Position numbers and translations under genes: made by a program. The notes below the pieces were generated by a model. That model saw nothing but the letters and a program-made list of their open reading frames with translations. It was not told the origin of the DNA and ran no database searches. A DNA stretch of 63,207 bases, filler included, from Welwitschia mirabilis (lineage: Eukaryota): NCBI GenBank assembly GCA_051453625.1. It is 5 parts of one record of this genome, joined end to end, with 100 filler letters (N's around TTAATTAATTAA, not from the genome) between each part and the next. Parts side by side here need not be neighbours in the genome. Positions count along the whole stretch, not along the records: positions 1 to 6,839 come from JBOZIK010000001.1; positions 6,940 to 19,991 come from JBOZIK010000001.1; 3 more parts are not named here. The stretch is one strand, 5' to 3'. This document shows, piece after piece, positions 1-13,745 of this stretch. Numbering within the stretch: position 1 is the stretch's first letter; each line of letters starts with the position of its first letter.

Positions 1-2799
1 GTGTCCTATAAATAAGTGGGTATTGTAAATACTTTGATATATCGAATAAAAAAAGGGTTTCTCCCAATATTTCTTCAGAGAAACATAAAATGAATTTCAT
101 TAAATCAATATATTAAGTAGATTACATACATTGAGGGATTGGATACAAGGTTCACCTCTCCCCTGACAAGATGAGACGAGAGACCTAGTTCCAATGCTCT
201 TCCAATGATCTCCTTGACACTTATTACTACTGTCATGTCATTGAAGTGGTAAGAAGATGATTTGTAAGAGCAAGCCCCTTGCTCAAATAGCTTTGAAAGG
301 TCAGCGGAGTGTGCAGAAGAAGTTACAACATCTTTTATTTATCTTATTACAACTCTTGACTGATTTGTCAAATTTTCTGAGTTGGTCACATTAATTTGCT
401 AGTCACTACTTGCATTGCAAGGTGTTTACAAGTAGTAACAACTTTGATCGTTGTATTTAGAAGGTTTGCTAGGTAAAGTTGCCCAATGATGCCATCTAGT
501 AATTGCTTCGAGATTTGCAACTTGAAGGTGGTGTTGTGTTTTCTATAAGGGATGCTATGTAGCAAGGAGTTCGGCTTTTACAAACTAATGTTAGTTTGGT
601 TTTTACAAACTAATGTTGTTGCCAGCTCGATGCTTAACAATATAGTGACGATTATGCAATTTGAAATTGAATTTCATCTCACTTCACTCGTGATGCTTGA
701 CTAAATTACCTGGGTCCATATTCAAAATCATTTAATTGACCACTTTGACATATTTTAGATGTTCTTTTGCTTGTTCACAAATACTTTAGCCCTCTTTCAC
801 TCCATGTGCTCCTTTTCTCTTACAAACCTAGCAAATCACACTTACATTTCACCATCAGTACCCTTTACAATCCTTTTTTTGTATGTCACTAGTCTACCAT
901 CAGAGTGCTCATATCCTATAACACCAACTCCTGTGCACATCATAAGAGTGTCCTTGAATGCCATCACATTCTTTGGAGGTTGCCTTGTGTAGTTGAATGC
1001 TTGGATAGAAAATTTCTGGAAAGAATTGAGTACGGCATTCTATTAGGCCAAATATATGATACATCAAATATAGACTATTGTATTGAAATATGTTAAGCTT
1101 AGATACCGATTTTCAAAATAGAAGAGTAATGACGCAAAATCATACACAATATAATATGTAATTTCTACATGATTACATAACATCTCTAACTCAACAAGAA
1201 AGTAGGGGAACCTTTTTTTGGGTGTTATGGACAAGTTATAGTGATGTTAGAGTGTTGAAGGCTTGAAAGCTAGGTTGAATGCTTGATCACTGATGATCAG
1301 AGGTGGGAAAAAGTCCTAAACGTGGTTTGAGATGGTGTATTTATAGTTGTATCCATTTCAAATTCAAATGTGGTTTTGCTAGATACTTGTAAGTTTTATT
1401 GGCTAGAAAAATAAGATCTGGAAGCTAAAAAATACAATTCTGACACGATCACACTGTAATATTCTATAGGGTTAAACTTGATTTTCTTATGTGTTCAAAT
1501 GTCGTCTTTGGGAATTTAGTGTAACATGGATGACTCTATGACTTATAATAACTGACAAGGCATGACTCGTGAGAGATTTAAACATATGGTGGTATATTTC
1601 ACTGACAATATGAAGAGAGAATCAAGAATATTGAATGTCTAATTCTGTTGAGGTAAATGATTTAAAGCCTGTTCAAAATATGAAAGTTCAAATCCAATTT
1701 TTTCACTTCCTTGGACAGAATATAGACAATCTATTAAAGATCCTTTCTTCTGTGTAGTAGATAGACATGCCTTATCGATTATCGCATATAATTTTTCTCC
1801 CCAGCAGAAGGCACAGATTTTTGTTCTTCATTTCTTGACCTTGTTTTTCACTTTTCTCTTTGATCTTCATTAATTGTTTATGAAATGTAGTACTTCTATG
1901 AAATTATTTTATAGTTTCAAATTACTATTCAGCGATTGACTCTTATGCTAGAAATCAAGAAATTTAAGAGAATAAGATGAATCTTTTATTTTTTTCAAGT
2001 AGTTTTGAATTGGTGCTGAAGAAAGACATCTTCTTGCGAATAGGACAAATCAGCTTTTTTTTCCTATTTTAAATTTCCTTTATTGCTCTTGATACATCCA
2101 TTATTTTAATTTAGTTTTTGATCATCATAGTCTGTTCTATATGCATTTTGTTGCCTTTGAATTAACTCATCCTTAAAAGATTGCTTCAACGTTGCAATGC
2201 GTCTTTTGTCTTTTACTACTTCATGACCCTTTTGGGTTGACTGGTGCAAAAAATTAGTGAGTTGCCAAGTTGACGAGTCAAAAATTAAAATTTATCTTGG
2301 TGGAATAATGACTGACGATATGGCTGAATGGATTCTAAGCTATCTTTGCAAAAATAAATGTGGAAGAAACAAATATGGTAGGTTTTGCAAGAGGGGGAAG
2401 ATGCCATGGGTTGGTAGGCATGATGGGCAAACTTAATGAAAATAATAGAACATGATGATGCTTTGCAGTGAAATAATATTAAGTTGATTTTTTCATTAAG
2501 TAAAATTGACATTAATAGTGGCTGCAGCAGTAAGCATAACAAAAGGAGTGGTTCTTAAACAGGGATAGTATATGACAATTGAATTCACCTGCTTCTAAAG
2601 CAGCATTTGCCAAATTGAATTCACTTACTTTTCTTCAATCTTGCACTTGATTAAAACAAAATAGGGTTTATGCACTTTTCAATGAACTTTGAGGACATGG
2701 ACTAAGGAGAAAGAAACCTTTATCTACCATGTAGTTGTTAGTTAATGAACTGAAGATTGACTGAGGTTAATGATTTATGTCAAACTAGAGTCATCTGAC

Positions 2800-3200
2800 A
2801 TTCAAGTTGCACCACCAAAGACACTGTTGCAAGGAGCCCAGGCAAGCCACATGACAAAGCAGGTGTCCCACCTAAAAACTATGTGAGACCATCTGGAAGG
2901 AGTGTGGGTGATCGACGATGATTGGCAAGCCACCAACCACGCTTGGTGAGCAGCAGACAATCGATCTGGCAGACGGGCTGTGGAAACGCTGAAAAAGAAT
3001 GTCACCCCACAACCCCCACAGACAATGTGGGCACAATATCTTCTTAAGGAGAAGCATAAATTTGCGCTAAGATGCCTAGACTTCAAACATGCATCATGGA
3101 CTGAATCAACCAGTCTTGCAACATGAAGAAGCTTGGAGAACTAGCGCATTTGGATGGCATGGCAAGATCATGACAAGTGAGGGCTCCAAAGGCCCTTGAT
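2800..3200 (-). mobile_element. Degenerate LINE (L1-like) ORF2 C-terminal remnant
   Basis: Minus-strand translation has LWSP...LCFSL...CAHIVCGGC...CFVMWLAWAPCNSVFGG, resembling the zf-RVT Cys/His region and the WxxWxxRNxxvF motif; frameshifted. Confidence 0.45.
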
Positions 3201-3839
3201 GAAGTTTGAGATGGGTTATCTATAGTTTAATCCAGTTCAAATACAGGGTTGAAGGCTTTAGGACGCATGCATTGGTCTGTTTCTCATAAAAATGAAGGGC
3301 ATGAGTCACATTACCAAGTGAAAAGAGGCATGATCATGGCTCTCAGATGGACATATCATGCTGAGAAGGGGCTTGATCATAAATTGGTATTTTTTATGAT
3401 CTTGTTGACAACTTAGGCCCCCTGACAAAACATTGAGTTAATGACTTGACAATTGCTGAGGTGGGACGTACAGCATCTTTGACACATGATTACAAGATTC
3501 GAGTGACAAGCTGAAGATTGAATTGAAATTTTTTCTGATATAGTAACTTTCTAACAGTGGCCCGGATGGGTCCATTACATGGAAATATATCATAAATAAA
3601 TTGTTCTATAACAGGCTAATGGTAAATAAAGATTTTTTTTAGTGCATGTATGAGGCAAAGAATACTTGGGGCCATCAGAGTATACATTTATGTATTCTAA
3701 GACGGTCACTGAAAGGGAAGAAGCTGTATGGTCAATATTTTAGTTCTTTTCTAACTATGTATTTTTGTTAATTGCCTAAACTTGATTTAGCTGCGTTTTA
3801 GTTTGTTTTAATGCTCAACACAGTATTGTACATGTGCAG

Positions 3840-3998
3840 AGGGTAAATGCTGCACACCTGAATGTGAATCTGCTCTAAATAGAGAACCAGAGTATGATCA
3901 ATGTGAAAGTAGCTCCATGGTGAATACTAATGTACCCTTGGAAGAACTTGAGAAGATTTATGGCATTGTCCATGGTCTTCCATTTACCGAAAAGAAAA
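3840..3998 (+). CDS. IMPACT: IMPACT/YIH1-family gene, internal exon (linker plus start of UPF0029 domain)
   Basis: Acceptor tgcag|3840 and donor 3998|gtatgc. Open frame reads GKCCTPECESALNREPEYDQCESSSMVNTNVPLEELEKIYGIVHGLPFTEKK(S); IVHGxPFTEKKS resembles the start of the IMPACT Ancient domain. The 5' boundary rests only on the splice consensus. Confidence 0.82.
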
Positions 3999-4079
3999 GT
4001 ATGCTATTTAGGTGGTCTATTGTTTCATTTGTGTCTCCCTAATTTATTTGAATTTGTTACTCATTGAATTAATAATTAG

Positions 4080-4222
4080 GTACGTTCCAAGCCCATCTTG
4101 CATCTGTCACCAGTCCTGATCAAGTAAAAGCTGTGATTGAAGCTCTTTTGCAAAATCGAAAGATTTCTGCTGCTACACATAATATAATGGCTTATCGAAT
4201 TGTGAACTCAGAGAAAGGAACA
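4080..4222 (+). CDS. IMPACT: IMPACT/YIH1-family gene, internal exon
   Basis: Follows an 81-bp GT-AG intron (3999-4079) that splits Ser codon A|GT. Translates STFQAHLASVTSPDQVKAVIEALLQNRKISAATHNIMAYRIVNSEKGT, containing the SxFQAH and ATHNIxAYRI motifs of UPF0029. Donor gtacgt at 4223, phase 0. Confidence 0.93.
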
Positions 4223-6839
4223 GTACGTTGAACAGCCCCCTTTCTTTTGTTTGTTTTATCATTCATGGAATCTTGTGATTGATAACTTCTGAAAGTTGAA
4301 TAGAACTTCATTTCCATCTGATACAAGATCTTAGATAAGATGATTGGGTCTTCAACAGTTTCTTCTTTTCAATATAATAAGGCATCCAATTGTACTTGGG
4401 ATCCCCATCAGAAACATTTTTAGGGCAAACACAAAATTTGATATGTCAAGCTACACCTATAAACGCTTGTCAATGACTTGAGCAACCTACCTTTTGGAGA
4501 GATTTGGCCATTCTTGATACTAAGTCTTCTGTTATGATTTCAAGACGAGTATGATACGAAATCACCTATTCTTGAAAGAAAAAGAACATACAGAAACAGT
4601 GATTTTTATAAAGTAAAGAGTAGTTCACTTAAAAGTAATTTATAGTGCAATTCACTAGCAAATATTGGACTTCATGTTGGTAAAAGAATATCTAAGATTT
4701 TGTCTTTTTAATCTGCACCTTGCAAGATGTTGACAATAGAGACACCGGGCTTTTGGCAAGACCTCCTGATGTATGTAAGTTGCTCTGTGACATGTTTGGC
4801 GCTTCTAAGGATTTCCTCAATATAGTACTAGAAGAGGTGCAGAGATCAAATTGCAATGGTTTATAAGATGAATGCTAGGATAGTATATGTATTGAGAGAG
4901 AGAAGCCTAAAAAATATTCTTTAGACCCAAAGTTGTAATACTTTTTGGCACCTGTTGAAGTATGGAATATGGATATTATATTGAAGCTGAGCTATATGAG
5001 TATATGAATAAATAAGCAAAACAACATGATATAAAGATTATGAAAACTGTCCAATGATAATTAAGAGGTGACACAGTGGAATTGTGATTGGACAATTAGT
5101 GAGAAAATCTCCATAATTATGGAAACCTAATAAATGATGTAAAAAATCTGCAATGTATGTGAAATTTTGACATTTTTGAAGAACAAGTGGTATCTTCTCA
5201 ACTAGAATAACTGTTAGGTTTATTGAAGGTCATCAGTTATGCATGCACATTAAATAACATCCACTTATCCTGTTATGCAAATGAACAATATTCATAACAC
5301 AAATTCAAGCTATAATATATAATGAAAAAAAATGTTGTATGAAACAAAGAGAGGAGATTGAGAAACATTGTCCAATTTGAAGAGCAATTACACCTGAAAG
5401 GTGGTCTCTCAAACAAAAATCCTCAATAAGGTGGAAAACTAAAATGACCATCTTCCTACAATCCTTAGACTGTGAAATCTGGGAAATGGTCGAATTCAGA
5501 TATTCTATACCAACAGAGGTAGTCAGTGGTAAAATTGTTCCAAAACCCAAAAGCGAATGGGATCAAGATAACAAAAAGGCTGCTCAAATGAATGCCAAGG
5601 ACATGAACACATTGATATGCACTCTGTATTCTAAAGAATACAACAGAGTGGTCCAATGCACAATAGCACAGGAGATCTGAGAGACCTTAAGGGTTACTCA
5701 CAAAGGAACCAATGTGGTGCAGAATGCAAAAGCTACAAATGCTTGCCCCTTAGTTCGAGAACATTAGAATGGAGGACTCAGAAATAGTTGCAGACTATAC
5801 CTCCAAGATAAATGATATAGTAAACAACATGTGGGGGTTAGGAGAAGCTGTGCCTCAAAATAGAGTAGTCAGGAAAATTCTCAGAAGCCTTATGAAGAAG
5901 TTCAGACATAAGATCATGACCATTGAGGAAATCAAGGATGTTTGACAGAATCAAAGTCGAAGAACTCAAAGAATCTCTTATGGCATATGAAGCTTCCTTG
6001 CAAATAGAAGATCATCCAAAAAGAAGAAATATTGCTTTGAAAGCCTGCTTTGATGATGAAGAGGGCAACCAAACTAGTGAGGATTTGGAAGATAATGACC
6101 TTGCTCTTCTAGCAAAGAACTTCAAAAAATTTCGTAGAAAAAAGGGAGGAAATTCTTTGAGGCAATCATTCAAACGAGGTATGGGGAAAGGTAAGAACTC
6201 CTCTAGCATTATTCAATGTTATGAATGTAAGGGGTATAGTCATATCACTTCTGAATGTGCTAACAAAACGAAAGAAAAGCAAAGCAAAAGAAATGTAATA
6301 AAGCCTTAAAAGCTACTTGGGATGATGATGACACAGGTTCTCAATCAAGTGAGGATGAAGGATGTATTAATTTCGGGCCAATCTGTGTAATTAAAGAGGN
6401 NNNNNNNNNAGTTAATTGATTTTTGCACTCTTGCTGATAAAAATGAGTTAAACGATTATGAAAGTGATGATGAAGACATAACTCTTGTCTATGAGAAATT
6501 GTATCATGCTAGTCTTGAACTTGGAAAGAAAATTTCGCATATGAAGAAATAGGTTAATGAATTAGAAGACAAACGCAAGAATGCTACTCAAAAGATAGGA
6601 GCTCTAACCAAATATCTAGATCAAGCCAACAAAATGGTTGAAAGGTTCATAAATGCGAAGGAGAATCTAAACCACCTCTTGGGAGTAGGAAGGAGGTCTA
6701 ATGATAGATATGGAATCAAAACCTCTTCTGGTATGTTATCTCCTCAAAATTTCTTTAGTACAAGTGTTAAGTATGATTCATTTGGAAGCACTAGGTAGAA
6801 ATGCTATTTCTGTCAAGAATATGGTAATATTCAATTTGC

Positions 6840-6939
6840 NNNNNNNNNNNNNNNNNNNNNNNNNNNNNNNNNNNNNNNNNNNNTTAATTAATTAANNNNN
6901 NNNNNNNNNNNNNNNNNNNNNNNNNNNNNNNNNNNNNNN
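6840..6939. other. Artificial 100-bp contig linker N44-TTAATTAATTAA-N44 (also 19992-20091, 49646-49745, 61782-61881)
   Basis: The same 12-mer, which has stops in all six frames, is centred in four separate 100-bp N blocks. Confidence 0.95.
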
Positions 6940-9900
6940 GAACATCATCCTGAAATTCATGATGTGTATCTAGTAAATGCCCTTAAGCATAATCTTTTAA
7001 GTGTCTCACAGATTTGCGATAGAGGTAACACAATTTTCTTCTATAAAGATAAATGTGTGATTAGAAATGCTTCTCTTAATAGTGTTGCATTAACAAGCAG
7101 TAGGTCCAAGTGTATGTATGTTACTGGCAGCCAGGACAAGAATGGGGAAGTTTGTTTTATAGTATAGGAAGAGGAAGTGAACATTTGATACCGGAGACGT
7201 GGACACATGAATCTAAAGGAGCTCAGGAGAATCTTATCAAATGAAATAGTGACTGGAATCCTAAAACTGAATGTGCAGCAAACAAAAAGCCTGCTCTGAT
7301 GATGATGAGGGCAACCAAACTAGTGAGGATTTGGAAGATAATGACCTTGCTCTTCTAACAAAGAACTTCAAAAAATTTCTTAGGAAAAAGGGAGAAAAAT
7401 CTTTGAGGCAATCATTCAAACAAGGTATGAACAAAGGTAAGGACTCCTCTGGCTCTATTCAATGTTATGAATATAAGGGGTATAGTCATATCGCTTCTGA
7501 ATGTGCTAACAAAAGGAAAGAAAAGCAAAGCAAAAGAAATGGAAGAAAGTCTTAAGAGCTACTTGGGATGATGATCACACGGGTTCTCAATTAAGCGAGG
7601 ATGAAGGATGCATTAATTTCGGGCCAATCTCTGTAATTAAAGAGGTAAGTGAGATAATTGATTTTGGTACTCTTGCTAATAAAAATGAGTTAAACGATTA
7701 TGAAAGTGATGATGAAGACATAACTCTTGTCTATGAGAAATTCAATAATGTTGGTCTTGAACTTGAAAAGAAAATTTTCCATCTAAAGAAATAGGTTATG
7801 AATTAGAAGACAAACTCAAGGATGCTACTCAAAAGATAGGAGCTCTAACCAAATATCTAGATCAAACCAACGAAATGATTGAAAGGTTCATAAATGGAAA
7901 GGAGAATCTAAACCACCTCTTGGGAGTAGGAAGGAGATCTAATGATAAATATGGAATCAAAACCTCTTCTGGTATGTTATTTCCTCAAAATTTCTTTAGC
8001 ACAAGTGTTAAGTATCATTCATTTGGAAACACTAGTTTGAAATGCTATTTCTGTCAAGAATATGGTCATATTCAATTTGCATGCCCTTACAAAAAATCTC
8101 AGTGTTTTGGTTATAACTTTAGCTTTTAAAGGAAAACTCAATCCATGTCTACAATACCTAAAGCTCAAAAAGGTAATTGGCAATGGGTAAGGAAAGAATC
8201 TACAAAGTCTCTTTTTGCCCATGTTGCATTCAAAGTCTGAGAGACAACAAAATGGTATTTGTATAGCGGATGTTCATGACATATGATAGGTGACAAAAGC
8301 TTGTTAGCTACCTTCCAAGATTATCATGGAGGAGAAGTGACCTTTGGCGATAATAGCAAAAGACATATTGTTGGTAAGGGATCTATTGCTTGAAATGAAC
8401 ATCATCCTGAAATTCATGATGTGTATCTAGTAAATGCCCTTAAGCATAATCTTTTAAGTGTCTCACAGATTTGTGATAGAGGTAACACAGTTTCCTTCTA
8501 TAAAGATAAATGTGTGATTAGAAATGCTTCTCCTAACAGTTTTGCGTTAACAAGCAATAGGTCCAAGTGTATGTATGTTATTGGTAGCTAGGACAAGAAT
8601 GGGAAAGTATGTTTTATAGTGTGGGAAGATGAAGTGAATATTTGACACTGGAGATGTGGACACATGAATCTAAAGGATCTCAAGAGAATCTCATCAAATG
8701 AAATAGTGACTGGAATCCCAAAACTAAATGTGCAAGAAACAAAAGTGTGTGAGTCTTGCATGAAAGGTAAGCTTACAAAGTCTAGCTTTAAATCAAAGGC
8801 AAGTATAACTTCCAACCGACCTCTTGATCTTATTCATATGGACTTGGTTGGGCCAACCCAATCAAGAAGTTTAGGAGGTAAGAAATATTTTTTAGTTATG
8901 GTCGATGATTTCTCTCGTTTTTGTTGGGTCGCATTCCTATCTAACAAGGATGAGACATTTGATCTATTTGTTAAGGTGTGCAAAAGAATACAAAATGAAA
9001 AGGGATACACCATAAAGCGTATTCGATCAGATCATGGAGGGGAATTTGAAAATGAGAAAATTTGAGAAGTGTTGTGATTCAAATGGAATTCAACATCAAT
9101 TATCTACTCCAACAATTCCACAACAAAATGGAGTTGCTGAACGTGGAAATAGAGTACTAATTGAGATGGCAGGAACTATGTTGAATGAATATGCCTTTCC
9201 TCAACACTTTGGGCTGAAGTAGTGAACACGACTTGCTATGTAAGTAACATAGTGTTTTTAAGATCAGGTATGAAAAAGACGACATACAAAATTTGGTCTG
9301 GTAAGAAACCCAATGTAAATTATTTTAAAGTTTTTAGAAGTAAATGCTCCATTCTCAAAGATATAGGTCATATAGGGAAATTTGAGTCTAAATCAGATGA
9401 TGGTATTTTTTTTGGTTATTCTATAACGAGTAAAGCTTGTAGAATATATAATAAATCTTCCTATAAGGTAGAAGAAACAATTCATGTACGAATTGATGAA
9501 CCTAACTTAAGTAATGCAACTATAGAAAAGAATGATGATAGCATATGTATTCCATCTTCTTCTTAAGTAGTGTTCACATAGTCTCCATTACATCAAAAGA
9601 AGTTAATGAAGACAAAGATTTTCAGAAATGCTCCTCCCTTCATTTGAGAACCAAAAGGACCATCCTGAAGACAACGTTACTAGTGATCCTTCCGTGGTAG
9701 CAAGTGCAAGAAGTGGCAAGGTTATCAATCATAGTTTTCTTTGTTTTTTATCTATCATAGGAATCAAAGGTTTTTCAAGAACAAAAGAGATGAGAACCAT
9801 AACGTCATTCAAAAGAAGGCAAGACTGGTAGCCCAAGGCTATTGTCAGCAAGAAGAAATAGATTATGGTGAGACCTTTGCTTTAGTTGCCAGGTTAGAGG

Positions 9901-12199
9901 TCATTCGTATGTTACTTGCTTTTGCTTGTTTTCACAAACTAAAACTATTTCAAATGGATGTTAAAAGCGCATTTCTAAATGGCTTTATAAATGAGGAGGT
10001 TTATGTTGCGCAACCTTTAGGTTTTGTTGATTCAAAAATTTCCCAACCATGTTTACAAATTAAATAAAGCTTTCTATGATCTAAAACAAGTGCCTAGAAC
10101 GTGGTTTGATGGATTGAATTCCTTTCTTTTAACGAATGGTTTTGAAAAGGGGAATGCAAATCTAACTCTGTTTATCAAAAATAATGGGGAAAACATTCTT
10201 ATTGCTCAGATTTATATTGATGATATAGTGTTTGGGTTGACTAAGAACTCCCTCACCTTAAAATTTGCTGATCTTATGCAAAATGAACTCGAAATGAGTC
10301 TAGTTCTTGGGTTAAACCTCTTTTTAGGTCTTCAAATGAAACAGGCAAAGATGGAATATTTGTTTGTCAATCAAAGTATATTTGGGATGTGTTAGTCAAA
10401 TACAACATGACCGACTCAAAGGATGCTAAAACTCCAATGTCAACCAATGTCAAAGTAAGTAAGGATGAAGTGGGAAAGAAAGTAGACCAAAAACTCTATC
10501 GAGGTCTAATTGGTAGGCTTTTNNNNNNNNNNNNNNNNNNNNNNNNNNNNNNNNNNNNNNNNNNNNNNNNNNNNNNNNNNNNNNNNNNNNNNNNNNNNNN
10601 NNNNNNNNNNNNNNNNNNNNNNNNNNNNNNNNNNNNNNNNNNNNNNNNNNNNNNNNNNNNNNNNNNNNNNNNNNNNNNNNNNNNNNNNNNNNNNNNNNNN
10701 NNNNNNNNNNNNNNNNNNNNNNNNNNNNNNNNNNNNNNNNNNNNNNNNNNNNNNNNNNNNNNNNNNNNNNNNNNNNNNNNNNNNNNNNNNNNNNNNNNNN
10801 NNNNNNNNNNNNNNNNNNNNNNNNNNNNNNNNNNNNNNNNNNNNNNNNNNNNNNNNNNNNNNNNNNNNNNNNNNNNNNNNNNNNNNNNNNNNNNNNNNNN
10901 NNNNNNNNNNNNNNNNNNNNNNNNNNNNNNNNNNNNNNNNNNNNNNNNNNNNNNNNNNNNNNNNNNNNNNNNNNNNNNNNNNNNNNNNNNNNNNNNNNNN
11001 NNNNNNNNNNNNNNNNNNNNNNNNNNNNNNNNNNNNNNNNNNNNNNNNNNNNNNNNNNNNNNNNNNNNNNNNNNNNNNNNNNNNNNNNNNNNNNNNNNNN
11101 NNNNNNNNNNNNNNNNNNNNNNNNNNNNNNNTACTCCTAGTAGACTCAACATTGCCATAGTGTAGGATTGTGATATCGAGCGGATCCTAGAGTCTCAATT
11201 GATCCAAGTTAAAAGAACCTTAAGATATTTCAAGTCTAACCAAGACTTTGGCCTTTGGTATGCATATAACACCACATTAGATCTTGTAGGGTATAGTGAT
11301 GCTAATTAGGCAGGATGTGTGGATGACCGGGAAAGCACTAGTGGTGCTTGCTTCTATATGGGAAATTGTTTAGTATCGTGGCTAAGTAAAAAACAAACAA
11401 CCCCATCTCTATCCATAGTAAAAGCAGAACATATTGTTGTTGGGGCATGTTGCAATCAGCTCCTTTGAATGAAACAAATGATGGTAGGCTTTGGTATTGA
11501 CGTAGGCAATAAACATCACAAAAAATTGAGTTCAACACTCATGAACCGAGCATATTGACATTCAACCTCATTTCATTTATGAGCATGTTCAGAACAATAT
11601 CATCACACTAGAATACATTTCAACTGATAACTAGATTGCTGACATAATGACTAAAAGTTTGAGTGAAGACAAATTTATGTTTTGCAGAAAAAATCTTAGC
11701 ATAGGAGTTAACCCCTTCTTAGCGTAAAATGTTTAAGTTGTGCTCCTACCTTTGTCATCATCTTAAACTTGATTTGTAATCACCAATTGAAGTGATTCTT
11801 CAGATGAACATTCAAAATTTTCTTACTTTCTTAATCATCTATTGAACCTGAGCCTAGACATCCTAATATTAATCCTCGGACATTGCGCTATTTTTTTGTT
11901 TGGTTCCTTAAAAACAGAATTCTGTCTCGGAACTCCCATCGTTGAGTCCCAGATGTCTGACTATGTTTTCATTTTCAACTAAACTGCGATGACCCCTAGA
12001 TGCCCCATGTTTAAATACCGGACGTCCTGAACTTTTTAAGTTTGAATTTTTTTTGGGTTAAAAACCCGGACGTCCCATCCGGAAAGGCAGGATGTCTGCT
12101 CTTTTAGCAGACACAAATCTATGGACGACCCGCTATCCCTCTTTACTTATTTAACCTTTCAAACCCCTTTTCTTCTACATTTTTCACAATCTTCTAAAG

Positions 12200-13259
12200 A
12201 AAACCAAGTTTTCAACTTTAAGAAAACAAAAAGAACTAGCTTCTGAAGCAGAATGGTTCAGTCTCTTGAAGACAAGAAGAATTGGTTTGGCTGCTTTTCC
12301 AAAAGACCCATTGCTCCAGAGAGGAAGATAGATTAAGAATCCTTCACGCGTGAACTAAGGCTAGTTTCAAAGTTTCAAGAACAAGGATGGGTGTATGCCT
12401 TGGACCCAGATACAAGAGCCTCCATTAGAATGGTAAAGTTATTTTATTGTAATGCCAATTTTAAACCGAATGAATGGAAGCTTATTTCTAAAGCCTATGG
12501 TAGAGTAGTGGGGATAGATTTAGAAGACATCTCATTGATTACTGCACATCCAAATGAGGGCTTCTTTCGTGAGATAAACTTAGTTAGTCCACTTCAAGAG
12601 GCAGTTTCAAAAGATGTTTTGATAGAAGAATTGTGTGGTAAAAATTTTGTTTGGAGAGCCAACAGTTCTACTAATTAGCTCAACCCTTTGTTTAGAGTTG
12701 TATTTCAGATTTCAACACATAACTTAGTTCCAAAGTTAGGGCACAAAGATGAGGTTTCACATTTATGTGCCTATGTTATGTTTTGCCTTGGTACTAGAGT
12801 CAGAAACAATCTTTGCAAATTTTTTGTGTACTACAATTAGTCAATTTTTTGTTACTAGCTATTTTAGTCTACCTTTCGGAGGTTTAATTACAGCTTTATT
12901 GGAGAATCATCAGTTTGTTATTCAAAAGAATGAGGAATTAGTAAAAGTGTCAAAAACTCTTGGTCTCCACCCATTGGGAAAAAAAAATTTTTTTTCTCTA
13001 ATATCATTGGTTCTGCTCCTCCAAAGAAGAAGCAAAGAACTAAGGAAAGCACCAGTACAACCCCTATAAATAATGAAGACTTGTTGAAAGCCATTTTAGA
13101 AGTAAAAGATATAGCTGTATAGGCCAAAGCCACAACAGATAAGGTTTATAAGAAGGTAGAGCATATTGTATTTGGCCTATCATTTTATGGACTTGAGATT
13201 GCGTCAGATTCAGGGGAAGAAGAAGAGCACGAGGAGCTAGTAGCATCACCTCATCATGA
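12200..13259 (+). pseudogene. Post-pol ('env-like') ORF of SIRE-A, disrupted
   Basis: Pieces RPIAPERKID, MVKLFYCNANF, HNLVPKLGHKDEVS, SLPFGGLITALL and an acidic tail; homologous to 31058-32103 and 57935-58967. Start approximate. Confidence 0.8.
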
Positions 13260-13460
13260 TGGATCCTTTGACTAAACTCTCTTCTTCTCATTTCTCTTTA
13301 GTGTTTGTGTTTGCTGGTTTCTCCTTCTTCCTACCTCACTTGTTGTACTTTCAATGATGACAAAGTGGGAGAACATTTGTATGTGATTGTCTAAAATGTT
13401 TTATGCTTTCGAGTTAATGAAAATGAAATTCTACTTTTGTGCCAATCTTGTGCATTTTTT

Positions 13461-13465
<5 letters not shown>

Positions 13466-13496
<31 letters not shown>
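13466..13496. repeat. (TA)n microsatellite
   Basis: Uninterrupted TA run in the 3' UTR of SIRE-A. Confidence 0.95.
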
Positions 13497-13498
<2 letters not shown>

Positions 13499-13745
13499 TG
13501 TGCCAACATTGTGTATCAATCTTTTATCTAATAAATCTCATATTAAATAGAAATGTGTTATCATGATTACCAATCCACTAACTTCATGTGAATAGTCACG
13601 TAGATATATCTGTATCCGCTTGTGCAAAGCTCTTATTTAGAGGTTGCACTTTAACACAATAAAAAATGGGAGCTTAAGTTCAAGGGGAGCTAGTATTCTT
13701 TTTCACAAGCCTTCCGGGGATTGTCAGAATTGAAAAGGGGGAGAT

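Noticed and set aside
700..1000. Possible DNA-transposon zinc-finger remnant on the minus strand
   Set aside because: Only a vague Cys pattern across broken frames; not enough to name.
4400..5400. Possible decayed hAT transposase before SIRE-A
   Set aside because: Isolated hints (FW, LDPK) without a continuous recognisable motif.
6884..6895. TTAATTAATTAA palindrome repeated four times (also 20036, 49690, 61826)
   Set aside because: Always centred in a 100-bp N block; a six-frame-stop assembly linker, not biology.
10389..11165. Long ORFs in the track made mostly of X (also 18533-19105, 36897-37292, 50127-51120)
   Set aside because: They are open only because N runs contain no stop codons.
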